From NCBI GenBank assembly GCA_000708835.1, contig DF237311.1, forward strand, positions 1 to 64,000: a stretch of DNA of 64,000 nt, given 5' to 3'. A program made the translations under genes and the position numbers. Under the pieces are notes generated by a model. That model saw only the letters and a list, made by a program, of their open reading frames with translations, was not told the DNA's origin and made no database searches. The DNA comes from Klebsormidium nitens (Eukaryota; Plantae; Klebsormidiophyceae). Shown here piece after piece: positions 62,515-64,000 of this stretch; the stretch's first letter is position 1; each line of letters opens with the position of its first letter.

Positions 62515-63553
62515 ATGGCGACTTTCAGACACGGCAGCTGCTCCTTCCCAATGAAGATCTGCCTTCTCCTCCTCGCTGGTGCGTTTGTTTCCACCGGGGA
62601 GGCCGCTGACATCACTGTGGAGGTGGCGCTTGTTCACATAGAGGTGAACGGAACGACCAGCCTGCCGGACCCAGGTCTCCTCAACGACTTTCTTCGAGAG
62701 GACGCGAGTTTGTTCAACCCTCTCATTCCAGACCACCCCCCATTCCAGCTGCAAAGGTGCGGCTCGCGTCTGTTTGAGACTCCTTTCGACTTCTACACGA
62801 TCCAGCATCCGGGGGGATGCGCGCGCGCGCCGGGGCTGTTGAGAAACCGGGAGAGAGACAGGGCGCTGCATACTTTTGACATGGTCGTATGGATCTGGGC
62901 GGCGGTTGTTCTGGGGCTGATTATCCTTGCCTGCGTAGGCTGCTGCGTGAACAAACCGTTTGCAACGGTTGCGGGGAATTACTTCGGCCAGCCGACAATC
63001 CCTGACCGCGAGTCATTATGCTCCCCTGGGCCTTCAGTGGGCAATTGCACGGCCTTTTCCCTGCTCGTCGGCGTGGCTTTTGGCGCAGCTTTGTATGCGA
63101 TAATCAGTCACCAGTACCTGAACATGGTAAAGCTCCCCGACCCGGCGCCGATCAACCACGTACGTCTTCGCTTCCCACGGTTACAACACCACCCTTTACC
63201 AGTGCTCGATCAAGGAGAGATTCCAGGTCTACATCGGCTTCGCAGAGAGCTGCGACCAAGTCCAGAACTACACCTACCCGGAAGTGAAACCGATGTCGGA
63301 GTTCAACCCACCCCTAGTTCACGGACCGGGTTTCACCACGCTCATGTGCTTCGCCTCCGGAGTTACTTTTTCTTCGTGGACCCTGCTGGTCCTACTAGCG
63401 CTCTCCTTCTGCTGCTGTGGAGGGGCCAATTGCTCATTTCCCGAGGACCCAGATGAAGGCCTGGATGACATAGCGAGGTTCCGAAAGCTGCAAGGACTCA
63501 ATCCGGACGGGAGCCCTAAATTCGAGGTTTACAAAGGAAATCTGGGCGTGTAA
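62515..63553 (+). pseudogene. Intronless membrane protein paralog 3, frameshifted by a 4-bp ACGT duplication
   Basis: Homologous to paralog 2 up to PINH. Homology resumes in another frame (VFASHGYNTTLYQCSIKERFQVYIGFAESC...) to TAA 63551-63553. Removing one ACGT (63158-63165) gives 344 aa. Confidence 0.7.
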
Positions 63554-63660
63554 CCATGATGGTTCTGGGCTGGCTATGAGCTGGTTTCAAAGTGCTCAAG
63601 TGCCCAGTAGCCAGGCTTGGGCCGTAACCAGCCTTGGAACAAGGTTAGATCCCAGTTACT
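63553..63660. repeat. Second copy of the AACCAGCCTTGGA dispersed repeat
   Basis: 29/32 identity with 1561-1592, with a similar GGGCTGG motif upstream. Confidence 0.5.
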
Positions 63661-64000
63661 GTCCATTGATCTGAGACTCGAGTCTGGAAATTCAGCAATA
63701 TGGTTAGCAGCCAGAACTTCTTGTGTAAGGCGCGTTTCGGCAGCATCAAGAACTGTTCAAAAGCGCCCGTATAGTCACATTGAGTTCGTAGAAAGGGCGT
63801 GAAAAGCTTCAGATGAGAGCCGCCGAAGACTTTGTGCGGCATACTATCACCTTGGATCGTTCGTACCTAGTTACGTTGAGAAGTAGATAACTTTCTTAAA
63901 GAGCTAGGTTAGGGTAGATTATACGGGACAGCAATACCCCAAGGTTAGCGTCACTCGTCCTGCTTATTTTGTCGCTTTGGATCTTACCAAATAGGTTCAG

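Overview
Eukaryotic nuclear DNA with GC-rich exons and GT-AG introns. The plant-type initiator tRNA suggests a green-lineage, probably streptophyte-algal (Klebsormidium-like) genome; this is inference. The main feature is a 22,167-bp EnSpm/CACTA-superfamily transposon (34188-56354). It has non-canonical CACAG termini, a perfect 26-bp TIR, a 3-bp GTG TSD and dense subterminal CCGGGCA arrays, and it interrupts a host membrane-protein gene at codon 7. It carries (i) a spliced ~1,290-aa transposase with two C-terminal BAH-like modules, (ii) a divergently transcribed SAM-like plus tandem ePHD-like finger protein, (iii) a third unknown gene and (iv) internal CG-rich motif arrays, making it a candidate chromatin-reading or anti-silencing TE system. 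Outside the element are a tRNA-iMet with an animal-like T-stem, three tRNA-like RNA loci with upstream TGACGT-type elements, a GNAT acetyltransferase, a Tc1/mariner MITE, two TRAF zinc-finger paralogs, two paralogs with an uncharacterised domain and three intronless membrane-protein paralogs. All splice models and domain calls were made by eye, without database searches.
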